From positions 24,347,861 through 24,411,860 of the forward strand of contig CM119265.1 in the NCBI GenBank assembly GCA_051294375.1: a stretch of 64,000 nucleotides of DNA, in the 5' to 3' direction. The position numbers were made by a program, and so were the translations under genes. This stretch comes from Paraspadella gotoi (taxonomy: Eukaryota; Animalia; Chaetognatha). Positions 1-12,337 of the stretch are shown here, in pieces. Positions within the stretch are counted from its first letter, which is position 1. Each line of letters begins with the position of its first letter. Under the pieces are notes generated by a model. That model did not search any database and was not told the DNA's origin. It saw only the letters and a list, made by a program, of their open reading frames with translations.

Positions 1-22
1 CTTTTTTTTTTTAACAATTTTT

Positions 23-307
23 GACTCTTTTTTCCAAAAGCGCCCCTTTTCTTATTTTTAATATTAATATTTAACTTAAACATATTTTTAAAACTATAAC
101 CCAATTCCTACCTCTAATCCCTAACCTCAATCATTCCCCCGAACCAAATTATGAACCCTAACCCAAAATCCTTATCACTAAATTCTTACCTCATTCACGA
201 ACCTAATCCCTAACACTTTACCTCAAGCTTAATTTTTTTTAAATACTAAAAATAATTAACCTAATTCCTAATATAAGATGAAATGGGGCGTTCTGGGAAA
301 ATAAGGC
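23..307. mobile_element. MITE-like element, ~25-bp imperfect TIRs around degenerate (CCCTAA)n-like repeats (copy 1)
   Basis: Left end GACTCTTTTTTCCAAAAGCGCCCCTTTT. Right end AAATGGGGCGTTCTGGGAAAATAAGGC is its approximate reverse complement. Interior ~100-230 contains CCCTAA/CCTAAC/CCTAAT units. The same termini recur at ~35599 and ~59970. Confidence 0.55.
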
Positions 308-1323
308 TCAATTCTTGACACTTTTTCATGTCGCATTTTTTTAACCTTTCTGTCACTTTGTCAAATTTTCGATTCCGTCGAATCCTTAAATCTTCATTCC
401 TGTCAATTTTTTTTTTCTTTTTTTGGCAGGAGTTCCTTTTCCAGGTTCGAATATTCCTAGAGTCTTTGATTAATTCCTCTTTCTGTCCATTTCGATCCAT
501 CGAAACCCAAGGGTCACAAAATCACCCATTTTCCTTTCGCTATTTTTTTAAACGTGAATATCTATTTTTAGAAACTATTTAAATCATTTCGTAAACTGAA
601 TAAAAGCAATCCTCTTTTCGTCACTTTTTAAGCTAGATCGTCTTCAAAACCGATTCGATTTTTAAATAGAAAAAAAAAAACAAACTTCACATTCGGTAAA
701 TGCGGTTTTCTTTTTACAGCGAATTCCACTTTTAGCGACTTTTATTTTCTACAGCGAACCTGGAAATCGTTTCGAGTTTTATTTTCGCGCCAACAAAAAA
801 ATCGCAATAAACGTCAGAGATGGAAAGGAAGTGAGGGGATGGGAGGGGGGCGGAGGGCGGAGGGCGGAGGAAGGCGGATCAGAGAGACACATCTTTCACA
901 TAAGCCACACTCACCGGAGACAGCACAGACAGAAAGTCAGACTGACAGGTTCCGAATAAAATGTACGTGAAAGAACCTACTAATCAATGCTGAAACAACA
1001 AAAGCAGAAAGCAAAAGGTTTAAGCGATAACGTATAGATGATATATTATGCTCAAGGGAGCCGCAAAGACCTCGAACTAAAAATTATTTTCGTGGTTAGT
1101 ATAACAGCGTAACTTAGTTCCTAATAGTTAAAAGACAAACATCTAAACACTTCATACAGCGATGCTGCAACGACACCGTCGCGTCGACGACCCACGAATT
1201 CATTTCTAGATATATTTCCTTCTTTTCCATTTATTTTCGCGGTTATTATTTTTTTTTCCTTTCGGGCATCAAGGTCGCACGAACGAATCCCGAATGAATC
1301 CGCGAATATAAATATAAATATAA

Positions 1324-1324
<1 letters not shown>

Positions 1325-1388
<64 letters not shown>
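1325..1388. repeat. (AG)n microsatellite, representative of dozens of AG/CT tracts across the window
   Basis: Direct reading. Similar tracts at ~1770, 4415, 5420, 12730, 19305, 28515, 33990, 34310, 42490, 44060 and 60880 explain most ERERER/LSLSLS ORFs. Confidence 0.95.
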
Positions 1389-1391
<3 letters not shown>

Positions 1392-1760
1392 AGGTGATTC
1401 TGCGGCCAAGAGGGTGTTGCCTGAAGAGGGGACTAAAAGGTAAGTTTTTTTTGGTGAGGGGAGGACGAGGTGACCCGCTCACGAAACGGGGACGTAAACG
1501 AAAATCCAATTACCACGTAGTTTATCCCCCGGGGACTCAAAAGAGGATTTGTCGCGGGGATAAACCAAAGTCGAGAGAGAGAGACACTCTTCGGATTTTT
1601 TTTTTTTTTCGTATGAAAAAAAGTAGCTAAATAAACAAAAATAGGATTATACAATGAATTTTTTTCTTTTCCTTTTGCTTTTTCATTTCACGCTATTTCG
1701 ATAAGTGTGTGTGTGTGGCTGTGTGATGAGAGAGAAGAAGAGAAAGAGATGGGAAGAGAC

Positions 1761-1818
<58 letters not shown>

Positions 1819-2554
1819 AGTAATTGAGAGAGATTCTCTTGTCTTTTTCATGTCAACTCTTGTCGATTGATTGAGATGAGTCACCAGAAAAGAAAATGAA
1901 AGGAAAGACATTACATCTTACAAGTTTTTTAACAATTAACATTGTTCTTTGATTCAAATTACTTTCCATTATATATTTTTCCTATTCTCGTTCCTTCAGT
2001 TATACTGTTGTTGTTCTTGTCGTAATTGTTGTTATTTTGTAATTTATACTTTTCTTATAAGTTATTACTATTGTTGTTGTTGTTTTTGTTGTGATAGTTG
2101 TAGTTATTGTCTCTTGCGAATTCTATCGACAGTCTTAATTTAAACATTTAAACATTTAAACATTTAAACATTACAATAAGCGAGAAAATTATCTAACAAA
2201 AGAAAATATGTGTTGTCGTAGAAAGATATCGTACGTACGTACTTTTTACGCTTTCATTAAACTAAGTATCCGGGCATTACATTTCCACGTGCAAACGACT
2301 GGCGTCTGTTTGGTCTCATTCCTTACCGCATGCAACAAGCACGCAAATGAATTTGCACGCACGCGCCCCGTGCTCTTCGGAGCGCCTCGCCTCGCATTAG
2401 CGCTCCCGGAGATTTTTTTCTTTCTCTCCGCAAAAGCAAATCGCCGTTTCTCGTTTGAAAGCGTTTGGGCTTTGGCAACTTCCGCTTTTTTCCCCGCCGC
2501 GTTTCGAACGCTTTACGAGGAGACGTGAGAGCGGCCAAGTCCGGAGCCACCATA

Positions 2555-2790
2555 GAATGCCATCGTCGAAATGCCACACCCGAGATGACATCCTCTAGAT
2601 TCCACCTCAAGATGTCACTACGAGATGCAGCACCGACATGCCATCCTCGAGATGCCATCCCCAAGATGCCACTCAGATACGACACCGCAACCTCGTAATG
2701 CCTACCCCGTGACGACATATCCCAGATGCCACACAGAGATGCCACTCCAATATGCCATCCTCGACATGCCACCCCCTCGATGCCACTTCA
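2555..2790. repeat. Degenerate GC-rich minisatellite (GATGCCAC/GATGCCATCCTC motif)
   Basis: Recurrent gatgccac/gatgccatcc/gacatgcc units roughly every 15-20 bp. Confidence 0.7.
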
Positions 2791-4052
2791 GTGACCCAAT
2801 TCCCTTAAATGAATATCCACCCCCGGTGAAAGGATCTTTTGATAAAAAGTCAGGGACACTCGAGTCCGCCACTTCAATACTCAACTGTGTTTGTTGCGTC
2901 AGTCGGTGAAGATTTAAAGATATTCGTCGACCGAGTTCTCGCGAAGCAATAATACTACGTCTCGTATTGACATTTTTATACACAGTATCACTATTATTTA
3001 TCCATCCTCCTGACCTCAACTCTTTGAAATATCCAGACCATTATCCATAACACCTTTTCCCTTCCACCATCTACGTTCCAGCAGCAGCGAAGCCGCCGCC
3101 GCCGCCGCNNNNNNNNNNNNNNNNNNNNNNNNCGCCGCCGCCGCCGCCGTTTAAATACCAAACCAGAGGGAAACAGTGGCTGAACAAAAGATTTCTAAAT
3201 GTCAAGGTGCGACCCTCAAGAGGAAGGCGGAACCGTCAGGCTTTCTCCTTTGCAGAATCACTCAGCGACCTCTTTCCCTTTTGTTTTTTCTTTCCTTAGT
3301 TCACGCTGTTCATTTTGTTTTTTATGTTTTCTTTATGTTTTTTTGTGTTCTTTCTAGTTGCTGACTAATATTTTGTTAAAACTCCGTTCGCTATCGGTTT
3401 TCATTCGTTTATTTTTTAAAATTTTCAAGTTTATTCGAAACTATTGATCCATAAATTAATCGAAATATTTTCGATATACTAATTTCGAATTAACTGATTG
3501 ATTAATTTTCATAGATTTCTTTGATTGATCGATTGATTGATTGGTTAACGGAATGAATGATTGGCGATTCACATAATTGATGTATCGATCTTTTCCTTAC
3601 CTATATGATTAAATCTGTATTTGTCCTCGGGGATCGATTTGTCGAAGCGACGGTCTCCCAGCGAGAGAAACTTGGATTCCCCTGGATCCGCGTCAGAATG
3701 TTTGATCCAAATCGCTTTTTCTTTGTTATCTGAATATGAATTTAAAAACATATATATATTAAAATCGTTAAATATTATTAATACTTTAATCAACATTTAA
3801 TCTCGTCAAGAAGCATGTAATGAATTAATATTTATTAAAACGGTGGTTTATAAATCGACTGACAATAAAAAATCTTAACCGATCGTTCATAGGCGTCAAT
3901 TAATATTTTCTAAAAACCAAAAAAAAAAAAAGAAATGGTCTCGAAAATAAACGATGGACGCCGCCATTTTCGCCATCTGGTGTCGGGAGAACAAATAAAT
4001 CTCCTCTGAGAAAAACGAGACAAAAGATAATTCAATTTTCTTGAAAAAAAAA

Positions 4053-4412
4053 TCGCTTTTTTAAAAATTTTGTTTGAGAAGGGAATTAAAATTCATCAGT
4101 GAACTAAAAGATTGCGCTCGAGAGATAAAAGGGAGTAATAAAAAAAAAACCGTCGCCGCCTCCTTCGACGCCTTCTCCTGCGCCGCGCCGCCGCCACCGC
4201 CCCACCCACCCCCACCCCCACGCAACACCTCAAACCCATTCTCTACCTTCCATCATGCGCCCCCCCGTCCTCCGCCTCGCTCTTCCTACTCCCTATGCTT
4301 TTGCCTAGTCTTCTCCTCGCTTATCTTCACGACAACGTTGTCGACGGCGAAGCGCGTCTTCATGGCGCGCCGGAGGCGCCCACCGTCTCGTTCCAGTGCA
4401 CCACAGGTTGGT

Positions 4413-4494
<82 letters not shown>

Positions 4495-5026
4495 AGAGAG
4501 AGAGAGAGAGAGAAAGCGAGAGAGAGAGAGAGAAAGAGAAAGAGAGAGAGAGCGAAAAAATGAAGAAGAGAAACAATAAGGTGGAGAAGCGGATATCTCG
4601 AGAAAAACAGTGATGTAAAGAAGAAAATAGATAGGAAAATATGAAAGGAAAAGAGGAAAATAGAGAAAGTAATTGGAAAATACAGAGGTAAAGAGGAAAG
4701 TAGGGACTTAAAAATCACGAATATCTCTTTAAACGTACAAACGGTATTGAGTAATTGCAGGGAGCGAGACTTTAGTGAAAAGATTCTATATCAAAAATAA
4801 AGTAAACCGAGTCATATCTCGGCTTCGGTAAACACTCAGTGTCGAAGCAAGTCGTTGTCATGGTAACCGGGGGTTAAAAACGTCTCCTTTAAATTTTGGG
4901 CAGGAAGAGAAGAAAAGAGACAGAGAGAGGATCCGCTCAGTGAAAAAGAGAGAAAACGTTCTCGTTGCTCTGAGACGCCCGAGGGAGCAGAGTCTCCTTC
5001 CAATGCACCATAGGGTAGTCCGCAGA

Positions 5027-5076
<50 letters not shown>

Positions 5077-5096
5077 AGGAGAGGGGGGAGAGAACC
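4053..5096 (+). repeat. Segment X, directly repeated at ~12338-13470
   Basis: Colinear sequence from TTTGAGAAGGGAATTAAAA through GTCTCCTTTAAATTTTGG to CCATAGG, differing mostly by 1-bp indels. Confidence 0.9.
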
Positions 5097-5413
5097 NNNN
5101 NNNNNNNNNNNNNNNNNNNNNCAAGACTCTCTCACCGTCTCGTTGATTTATTCCCAGAATTCCTGTCTCACCAACTATCGAACATCAAGTATGTTTCAAT
5201 TCTATTAGATCGGAAAAACTACATATTTAATTCGAATTATTCAAAATAAAACTTTTGTAATTAATTTACTTATCCTATTTTATCTTGATCAATTTCCTCC
5301 TTTTCCCTTTTAAAGAATCAAAGACCGCCTTTCTCACCCTTTCTAAATATCCCTTTCCGCGGACAATTTCCTCTTGACACTTTTAACCAGTTTCTTTGAC
5401 TCTGTCCCTCTGT

Positions 5414-5460
<47 letters not shown>

Positions 5461-5774
5461 TCTCTCTCTCTCTCTCTCTCTCTCCCTCCCTCTCTCCCTC
5501 TCTCTCTCTCTCCTCTCTCTCTCTTCCGTTTATCGTCGCAATTAACTCCGTCTCCTTTTTCTGTCAAGTTGTCGTCGTTGTCGATCGGCCATCGTCGTTG
5601 TCGTCGATCTCCATCCTAATCGTCTCTTTTATCGTTCATCGTTCCCCTTCGCCTTCGGATCTATTTTCAGCGGAATTATTGCGCCGTTTTGTTGTCGTCT
5701 TTTCCGTTTATTTACCTCGTGTTTGACGCTTTAGGACGCGTAGTCACCGTCTAAGGGTCGACGGGGTCGCCGCG

Positions 5775-5806
<32 letters not shown>

Positions 5807-7060
5807 GTCCTAATAGTCCTAGTCGTTGTTGTCCTAAGACTCTTTATCTTTGTAATCGTCGTCGTTGTTGTCGTCATCGTCTTGTTGTTGTTGTCCTAAG
5901 ACTTTTTTCAAGTCTTCTCGTCGTATAGTCGTCGTCTTTGTCGTCATCTGTCATTATAATTATCTAGTTGTTGTTGTTCTTGGACTCTTCAGTCTTCGTG
6001 ATCGTCGTCGGCATCATCTTATTCATCATCATCGTCGTCTTCGTAATAGTTTCAGTTGTTGTTTGTTGTTGTTGTTATTGTTGTTGTTGTCTCTCAACGA
6101 TCTCGACGCTTAGTTTTTCGTCGTCGTCATCGTCGTCGTCGTCGTTGTTGCTTTTTGTTTTCTTTCTCGTCATCCGAGTTTTGTTTTCCCATCCTGATAT
6201 TTTTAAGACTTTTGTACTTTCTCTTTCATATTTTTTTCCTTTTATCTATTTATTTCTTGTTAAGCTTCATTATATTAATTTTTATCCTCATTCCATTTAA
6301 GATGATATGTTTTTTTTAATACATATAATGTTGTTTTTTTTTTCGTGAGAAAGAAACGTTTATTATCACCTTCAGTTTGTGACCCGGTGGCTCATTGAAA
6401 TATTTTTTCATAAAGATTCACAAACTAACTACGTTATAGTAATACCTAAAATAAAATGTCATCCATTAAAACAGAAGATATTACGATCATTTATCGTTGT
6501 CATCATAATAAAAATCATCAATCATCATCATCATCATCATCATCATCAATCATCATCATCATCATCATCACATCATCATCATCATCATCACACTCATCCT
6601 CATTGTTGTCCTCGCGTCATCTTCGTCTTCGAACTAAATGCCTTTTATTTCGGCGACTGTTGTTAACCTCTTAATTTCACTGTCACATGTCATCATCGTC
6701 ATCGTCGTTTCGTCATCATAGTTGTCATCGTCGCATCGTAGAAGTCGTCTTCATCATCGTCATCTTTGTTATCGTCATCATAGTTATCATTTGTCGACAT
6801 CGTAGAGTCGTCATCATCATCATCATCTTCGTTATCACCCTTTTGCCATTATCTAACCGTCATCTTTGTCCATATTCTGTCTTTTTGACGCTTTTGTTGT
6901 TGTTTTTGTTGATGTTGTTGTTTTGTTGAAGTTGTTGTAGTTGTCTGCCTCGAGGAATATTTTTCTTCGACGTAATAGATCTGATATTTTTTATCTCCCA
7001 TTTTGTATTTCTCCTCCTTCTTTTCTTCTTTTTTCCCTTTTTTTCACCTTTCTTTTCTCC

Positions 7061-7170
7061 AGCCAATCATTCCTTTACGGCCAATCATTACTCCGTCTCG
7101 ATGATAAGTGATTCGCGACGCCATCTTCACGACACACGACGCTCTTTTTTTTCCTCCAAGATGGCCGCCA
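7061..7170. promoter_or_regulatory. Possible promoter-like cluster: two CCAAT boxes plus YY1-like motifs
   Basis: AGCCAATCA (7061), GGCCAATCA (~7079), CGCCATCTT (~7119), CAAGATGGCCGCC (~7157). Conserved in the inverted copy at ~15308-15420. No linked exon identified. Confidence 0.25.
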
Positions 7171-7541
7171 ATTTAGAGGAGACAAAAAGTCTCGTAACAT
7201 CACGAGAAAAAAATTCGTAGAGGAAAAAAACCGTCGTTACTATTAGACGAAAGTCGTTACAATTTTTACAAAAAAGATATTATATTTTTTTCTTTTTTTT
7301 TTTTCTGACGCGTTAAAAAGACTCAGATGTCAGTTACAGTCATCTACTTTGTTCGAACGAGACGTAAACGACGCCGCTAAACAACATCCCCTGTTTTAAA
7401 CGTGTGCTTACGACGCGGCATCAACGGAAGAAAGAAAAAGAGCAATTTGTAAATCCGAAAAAAACTTTTACTGTTATCGCTATTTTTCTTCTTTTTTCCC
7501 TTTCGCTTCGTTCATTATTTCATTACTGTTTACATGAACAG

Positions 7542-10500
7542 TAGAGTTACCCAAATTTTTAATTACACAGATGAAGGGTCACGACCATTTATTAGGTTCT
7601 TTTTTGTCTGTAGAAGACATTGGGAACTGATAAACCTGAAAAAAACTTGACCGGGAAAGGAACTCTCCAGGTTTCCAAGTGATCGAGTACTTTTGCGGTT
7701 TTTCTTTGATCGTAATCTTATATGTGAAATTAATTTAAAGGATTTTTTTTAATAAAATAATGATTAATCCAAATACTTGATTTGTTTTAATATATTTTTG
7801 CTGTAGACTTTATATTTTTATTAACCTTTATTTTTTATAATTTATTAATAATAAATATTATATAATATAAAATATAAAGATGACTTAGTTTTTTGATTAA
7901 AATCTTACTAAAAGTTTTCCTAATTTTGTGAAGAATAAATATTAAAAAAATAATATTTAGCAGTACTTACTAAAAATAAAAATCAAAATAACAATATTAC
8001 AACTTTAAAAAACTAAAAAAAAAATGAGTTTAATTATGTAATATCAAAAGTGTTGGAAAATGGCCCAATTATTACTTTTTGGCATGAGTAATTGTTTTCT
8101 CCAGAAATTGTAAACTTTTATTGTTTTTATAACAGATTCCAAAATCTAACAGTATTTCATAAAAAATAAAGTAAAATTTGAATCTACTTTGTCTTGCCTT
8201 TTATTAGATGCTAGATTGCATATATTATTGATCAAGTAATGTTTTGTGAATGTATCAAACATAATAAACTAAGGGGAAATATTATATTTAATTAGTATGG
8301 CATTAGTATGATTTATAAATGGCCAAAATAAATAAGAAGTATAGTAAAAATTTATCTGGAAATAGTTAGGCAAACAAAACTTTTCTTCTCTGTTTAGATT
8401 ATTTTGACTCTTTGGTGGAGAAATTTAGTGATGACCCTGAATGAGAGTGGTGTTGTTTGTAAGAAAGTAAATTAGTATAATGGTAAAAGGCCTTGCTGCA
8501 TGGTCTGGCTGATGCATCATTTTTTATTTTATTGCAAGTCTAAACTAGTGTTAAACTTATAATACAACTTATTAACTAAGTTCAAGTTAATTATACTATA
8601 GTTTAAACAGAATGATGATTAGTCAAACAAATCAATCAAACTTCTTTCTTAAGTCAAACACCAAAAAAAGGGAAAAATTGAGGAAAAAAACTGTATGAAC
8701 CTAGTTTGATGATCTTAATATAAAAAAAAGTAATAATTATGAGTAAATGAAAAAAAACTGGAAGGTTTAGTCTATGTCGTATTATGGAGAGATTTCCAAA
8801 GTCAATAGAACATATGAAGCAAATTATGTACAATGAGCATTCAATTTGTGGTTCACTTATTTATAAAGTTTGATATAAAAAGAAAACAAGTTATTCAGCA
8901 TTTAACAACGATTTTATTAATATAAAGATTTCGACTCTAGCTTTTATGAGTCTTCTTAGCGGTTGACTCAACAGACTTTTCGGTTTCACAAAGATTCCCT
9001 TCCAACAAAGATTGAAGAAAAGATAGTGGTCAGAAATGAGGATAGGTTGAGGTGAAATAGGGAAGAGAGAGAGTGAATAAATTTGAAACTAGTAAAAGAG
9101 ATAGAGATAGAGAGGAAAGGAGAGGGAAAAATTTTTATATTAAGCATATAAACAAGATAGATTTAAATTAAGCAAACTTAATTTTAAACTAAAGAAATAA
9201 ATATAATAAAGGTAAATAAGTTAGATAATGAGATGTAATAAAAATAAATAAAAAAATTAAAGTGGTTAGGGAAGGATAAGATAGAGAAGGGAAATAAGTA
9301 AAGAAAAAGCTCAAAATTGCCAATGTATGATTTTTCCTCTCTCTCTTACCAGTTCAATTTATTCACTCTCTCCTTTCCCTATCCTCACCTTCTCTTGTCT
9401 TCCCATCTATCCTTTTCTTAATTCTTTGTTGGAACTTCTTTTCTCTCTCTCTCTCCTCTCACCAACTCAATGTTTGTGAAACCAAAATCTGTTGAGTCAA
9501 ACCGCTGATGAAGACTCGAAAAGCAAGAGTCAAAAAATATCCGACCTTTATTGTTGATAAAATTGTTATTGCTAATTAATTCATTTTCCATTAAATAAAA
9601 AAATATAATGAAAAAAAAATTAAACACAACGTTTGACTATATTAACCTTGTATGATTTATTAGTACCTCACCACTTTTTAAAATATGACTAATTTTATAT
9701 TTTATAGTTAAAGATATCATTGATTAAATTTGTATATAAATCCACCTGCCACACACCTATAACATTTCATAATACATATTATCCCATTCCTATCAAATAT
9801 TAATTTAAAATTATGTAGGCATAAAACGGTTATGAACATTAAAATTTAAGTCAGATAGACTGACAAGAACGACAAAACTACCCACCAACTTAGAAATAAT
9901 GATTTGAAATTGCTCCCGTCACAGACTCGCACCGCTAAAAAGTTAACTGATAACTTTATCTAATAGAACTAACATCTAATAACTTTAAAATAAAATAGTT
10001 AAAATTCCATTTCTCAAGCTTCAATTTTGGCAAAAATAAGGATTGTTATTACTTGGAAGCTTTGGAGAGTTCCTTTCCGATAAGTTTTTAGGGTTTAGAC
10101 AGTTTTAATGTCTTTTAAAGACCAAAAAGAACCTATTAAAATGAGTATGAATTTCATATTTAAGCATAAAGAGCTCAAAAATTCTAAAAGTTATGAAGAA
10201 TATAATATAAATTTTATCATTTTTTTTATTTTCTTTTAGTCTTTTAAAGTTTATATTGTGTATTTTTGATTTTATTCTTAGTAAGTACTGCTAAAATATT
10301 GAGTTTTTATATTATTCTTCACAAAATTCAGGAATTAACCTTTAGTAAGTATTTTATCAAAAAACAATGTCATCTTTATATTTTTATATTATAATATTAT
10401 ATTATTAACTAAAATTATTAAAAATAAAGGTTTAATAAAAAATTAAAGTCTACATCAAAAATATTTCAAAATCAAATCAAGTATTGATTTAATCATATTT

Positions 10501-10713
10501 TATTTAAAAATAACCCTTTAAAATAATATTAATTTCAGCATATAAATTACGATCAAAGAAAAACCGCAAAAAGTAACTCATCACTTGGAAACTCTGGGAG
10601 ATTCCTTTCCGGGTCAGTTTTTCAGGTTTATGTCCATGTCTTCTACAGACAAAAAGAACCTAATAAAATAGTCGTGACCTTCATCTAGTGTAATTGAAAT
10701 TTGTGTAACTCTA
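7542..10713. mobile_element. Non-autonomous hAT-like DNA transposon with ~480-bp terminal inverted repeats
   Basis: Ends TAGAGTTAC...GTAACTCTA. TIR arms 7542-~8025 and ~10215-10713. Left target ATGAACAG (7534-7541), right AGAACA (10714-10719, the same 8-mer with 2 deletions). Empty site with a single ATGAACAG at 14931-14938 (minus). No transposase ORF. Confidence 0.75.
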
Positions 10714-10848
10714 AGAACATTTGTACACACTCTTTCTTTAACTTTCTTCATAAATTTTATCTTAAAAAATTGTTTAAATCCTCTGTAATTTTTTTTATTT
10801 AAATAAAAAAGTTAATAGACCAGATCTTAAATAATATATATGATAATA

Positions 10849-11127
10849 TGTGGGATAAGCGCTAAGTGGGCTGAAGATGACTATCCGTAACTTCTATAAC
10901 CCCCTCAGCAGCTATGGAAACGGGTCTGGTTTGGATCCAGGCTTCATGGTTTTCCTCGCCCCAAGCGGCTTTACGGCCGCCTCAACTTCCCGCAGAGTAG
11001 TACCGGGGTGGGATTGAACCCGGGTACCTATGTCATAAAGCTGATGGCTTTACTCAATGAGCCACCGGGGTTACGACTAAAGTTTCATGCTTAAGAGCGG
11101 GGTGAACTTTGCAATGCCGACTACACA
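10849..11127 (-). mobile_element. Solo-LTR/TRIM-like insertion (TGTG...CACA, 279 bp) containing a tRNA-like sequence
   Basis: Absent from the homologous copy (~14795-14810 reads ATGATAATATAGAAT on minus). Flanked by an ATA (possibly AATA) duplication. TGTG/CACA termini. Confidence 0.6.
11000..11071 (-). ncRNA. Degenerate tRNA-like Pol III cassette (A box + B box) inside the 279-bp element
   Basis: Minus strand CCCCGG-TGGCTCATTGAGTAAAG (A box)...CCGGGTTCAATCCCACCCCGGTAC (B box/T-arm) over ~72 nt. Stems are imperfect, so not called a functional tRNA. Confidence 0.6.
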
Positions 11128-12337
11128 ATATAGAATATATTAATACAGTACGTATAACATACATTATATACATACATATTTCACCTAATACACATTCTTA
11201 CATCAAATTTCATTATTTTCAGGCTTTAAAAAAAAAAAAACTTCACAAAAACGGAGAAACATTCGCGCGAAAAGGAAACAAGAAATCGTTCTTCCTCTTC
11301 TCCTCTCCAAATAACAACAACAACCAACAAACAAAAACAACAACAACACAACGACAACAAAAAAAACGCTCTTTGTCTCCCTTCTTCACAGTCGTCACGA
11401 TTCGAATTCGTCTGGAGAGATTATCGTTCTCTGCGTCAGAAAAGGTTATCCCTTCGCGCCAAAAGAGCGTCATTTCTCCTGTCGTATAAGACGTTAGAAC
11501 GCGACGCGTCAAATCGGCGTCATTTTTCAAACCGAGATGAGATTAGCGCCCACTGGGTTTACATTCTTCTCTCGGGGATTTGTGGGCCAGAATCGCGAAT
11601 ATTTTGAGGAAAACAACGACGACAATGGCCGACGGTTTTGAGGGTCAAACGTTGACTGACCCAAAATCCTCGGATTTTTGAAAACGTACTGAATCATAGT
11701 CAATCCTTACTGAATCTTACTGAATCTTCTGAATCTTACTTTCTTAACCTGAAACTTTCGTATCCAAATTCCATCATAAAGATTCTAAATATTTTTCCCC
11801 AATTTTTAAAATTCCAGATGTTGGATCTTCAAATTTTTAAAAGGAACTCGGGCAAACGTCACAACTACCGCTAAGTGATAACCTCTCTTTTAGACCCTGA
11901 TCTCACAAACCGTGTTGTCGCTTCAACATTTTATCATTTAGACCACCAGTCATTTCACAGATTTATTTTCACAGAGCCAACCTCCGTTCCTCTCCGGCTC
12001 TCTCTCTCTCCCTCTCTCTCTCCTCACTCTCTCACTCATCTTCTCTTTCTCTCTCTCATCTCTCTCTCTCGCCTAAACGTCGTCGCCCCAAAAGAAATAA
12101 ATTAAAAAGAAAGTTGACTCATCCGTACTTTCCTTTCGCGCCCATAACACGAACAAGGAAGAGAGTGGCTCGCCTTTGAGATTAAGGAGAACGAAAAAAA
12201 AAGAACAAAGAAAAAAAAAGGAAATCTTAAAACACAAATAACAAAAAGAAAATAGAAAAGACAAAAAGAATAAGGACAAGGCGGATGCAAAACGCCGTGA
12301 GAAAAGGGGAAGAAAGAAAAAATTGTGATTTTTTGTT

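Noticed and set aside
840-876. GGGCGGA x3 GC boxes as a promoter
   Set aside because: Indistinguishable from a short simple repeat, with no linked transcript evidence.
11000-11071. Functional tRNA gene
   Set aside because: Acceptor and T stems are mismatched, no clear anticodon arm is visible, and it lies inside a polymorphic insertion.
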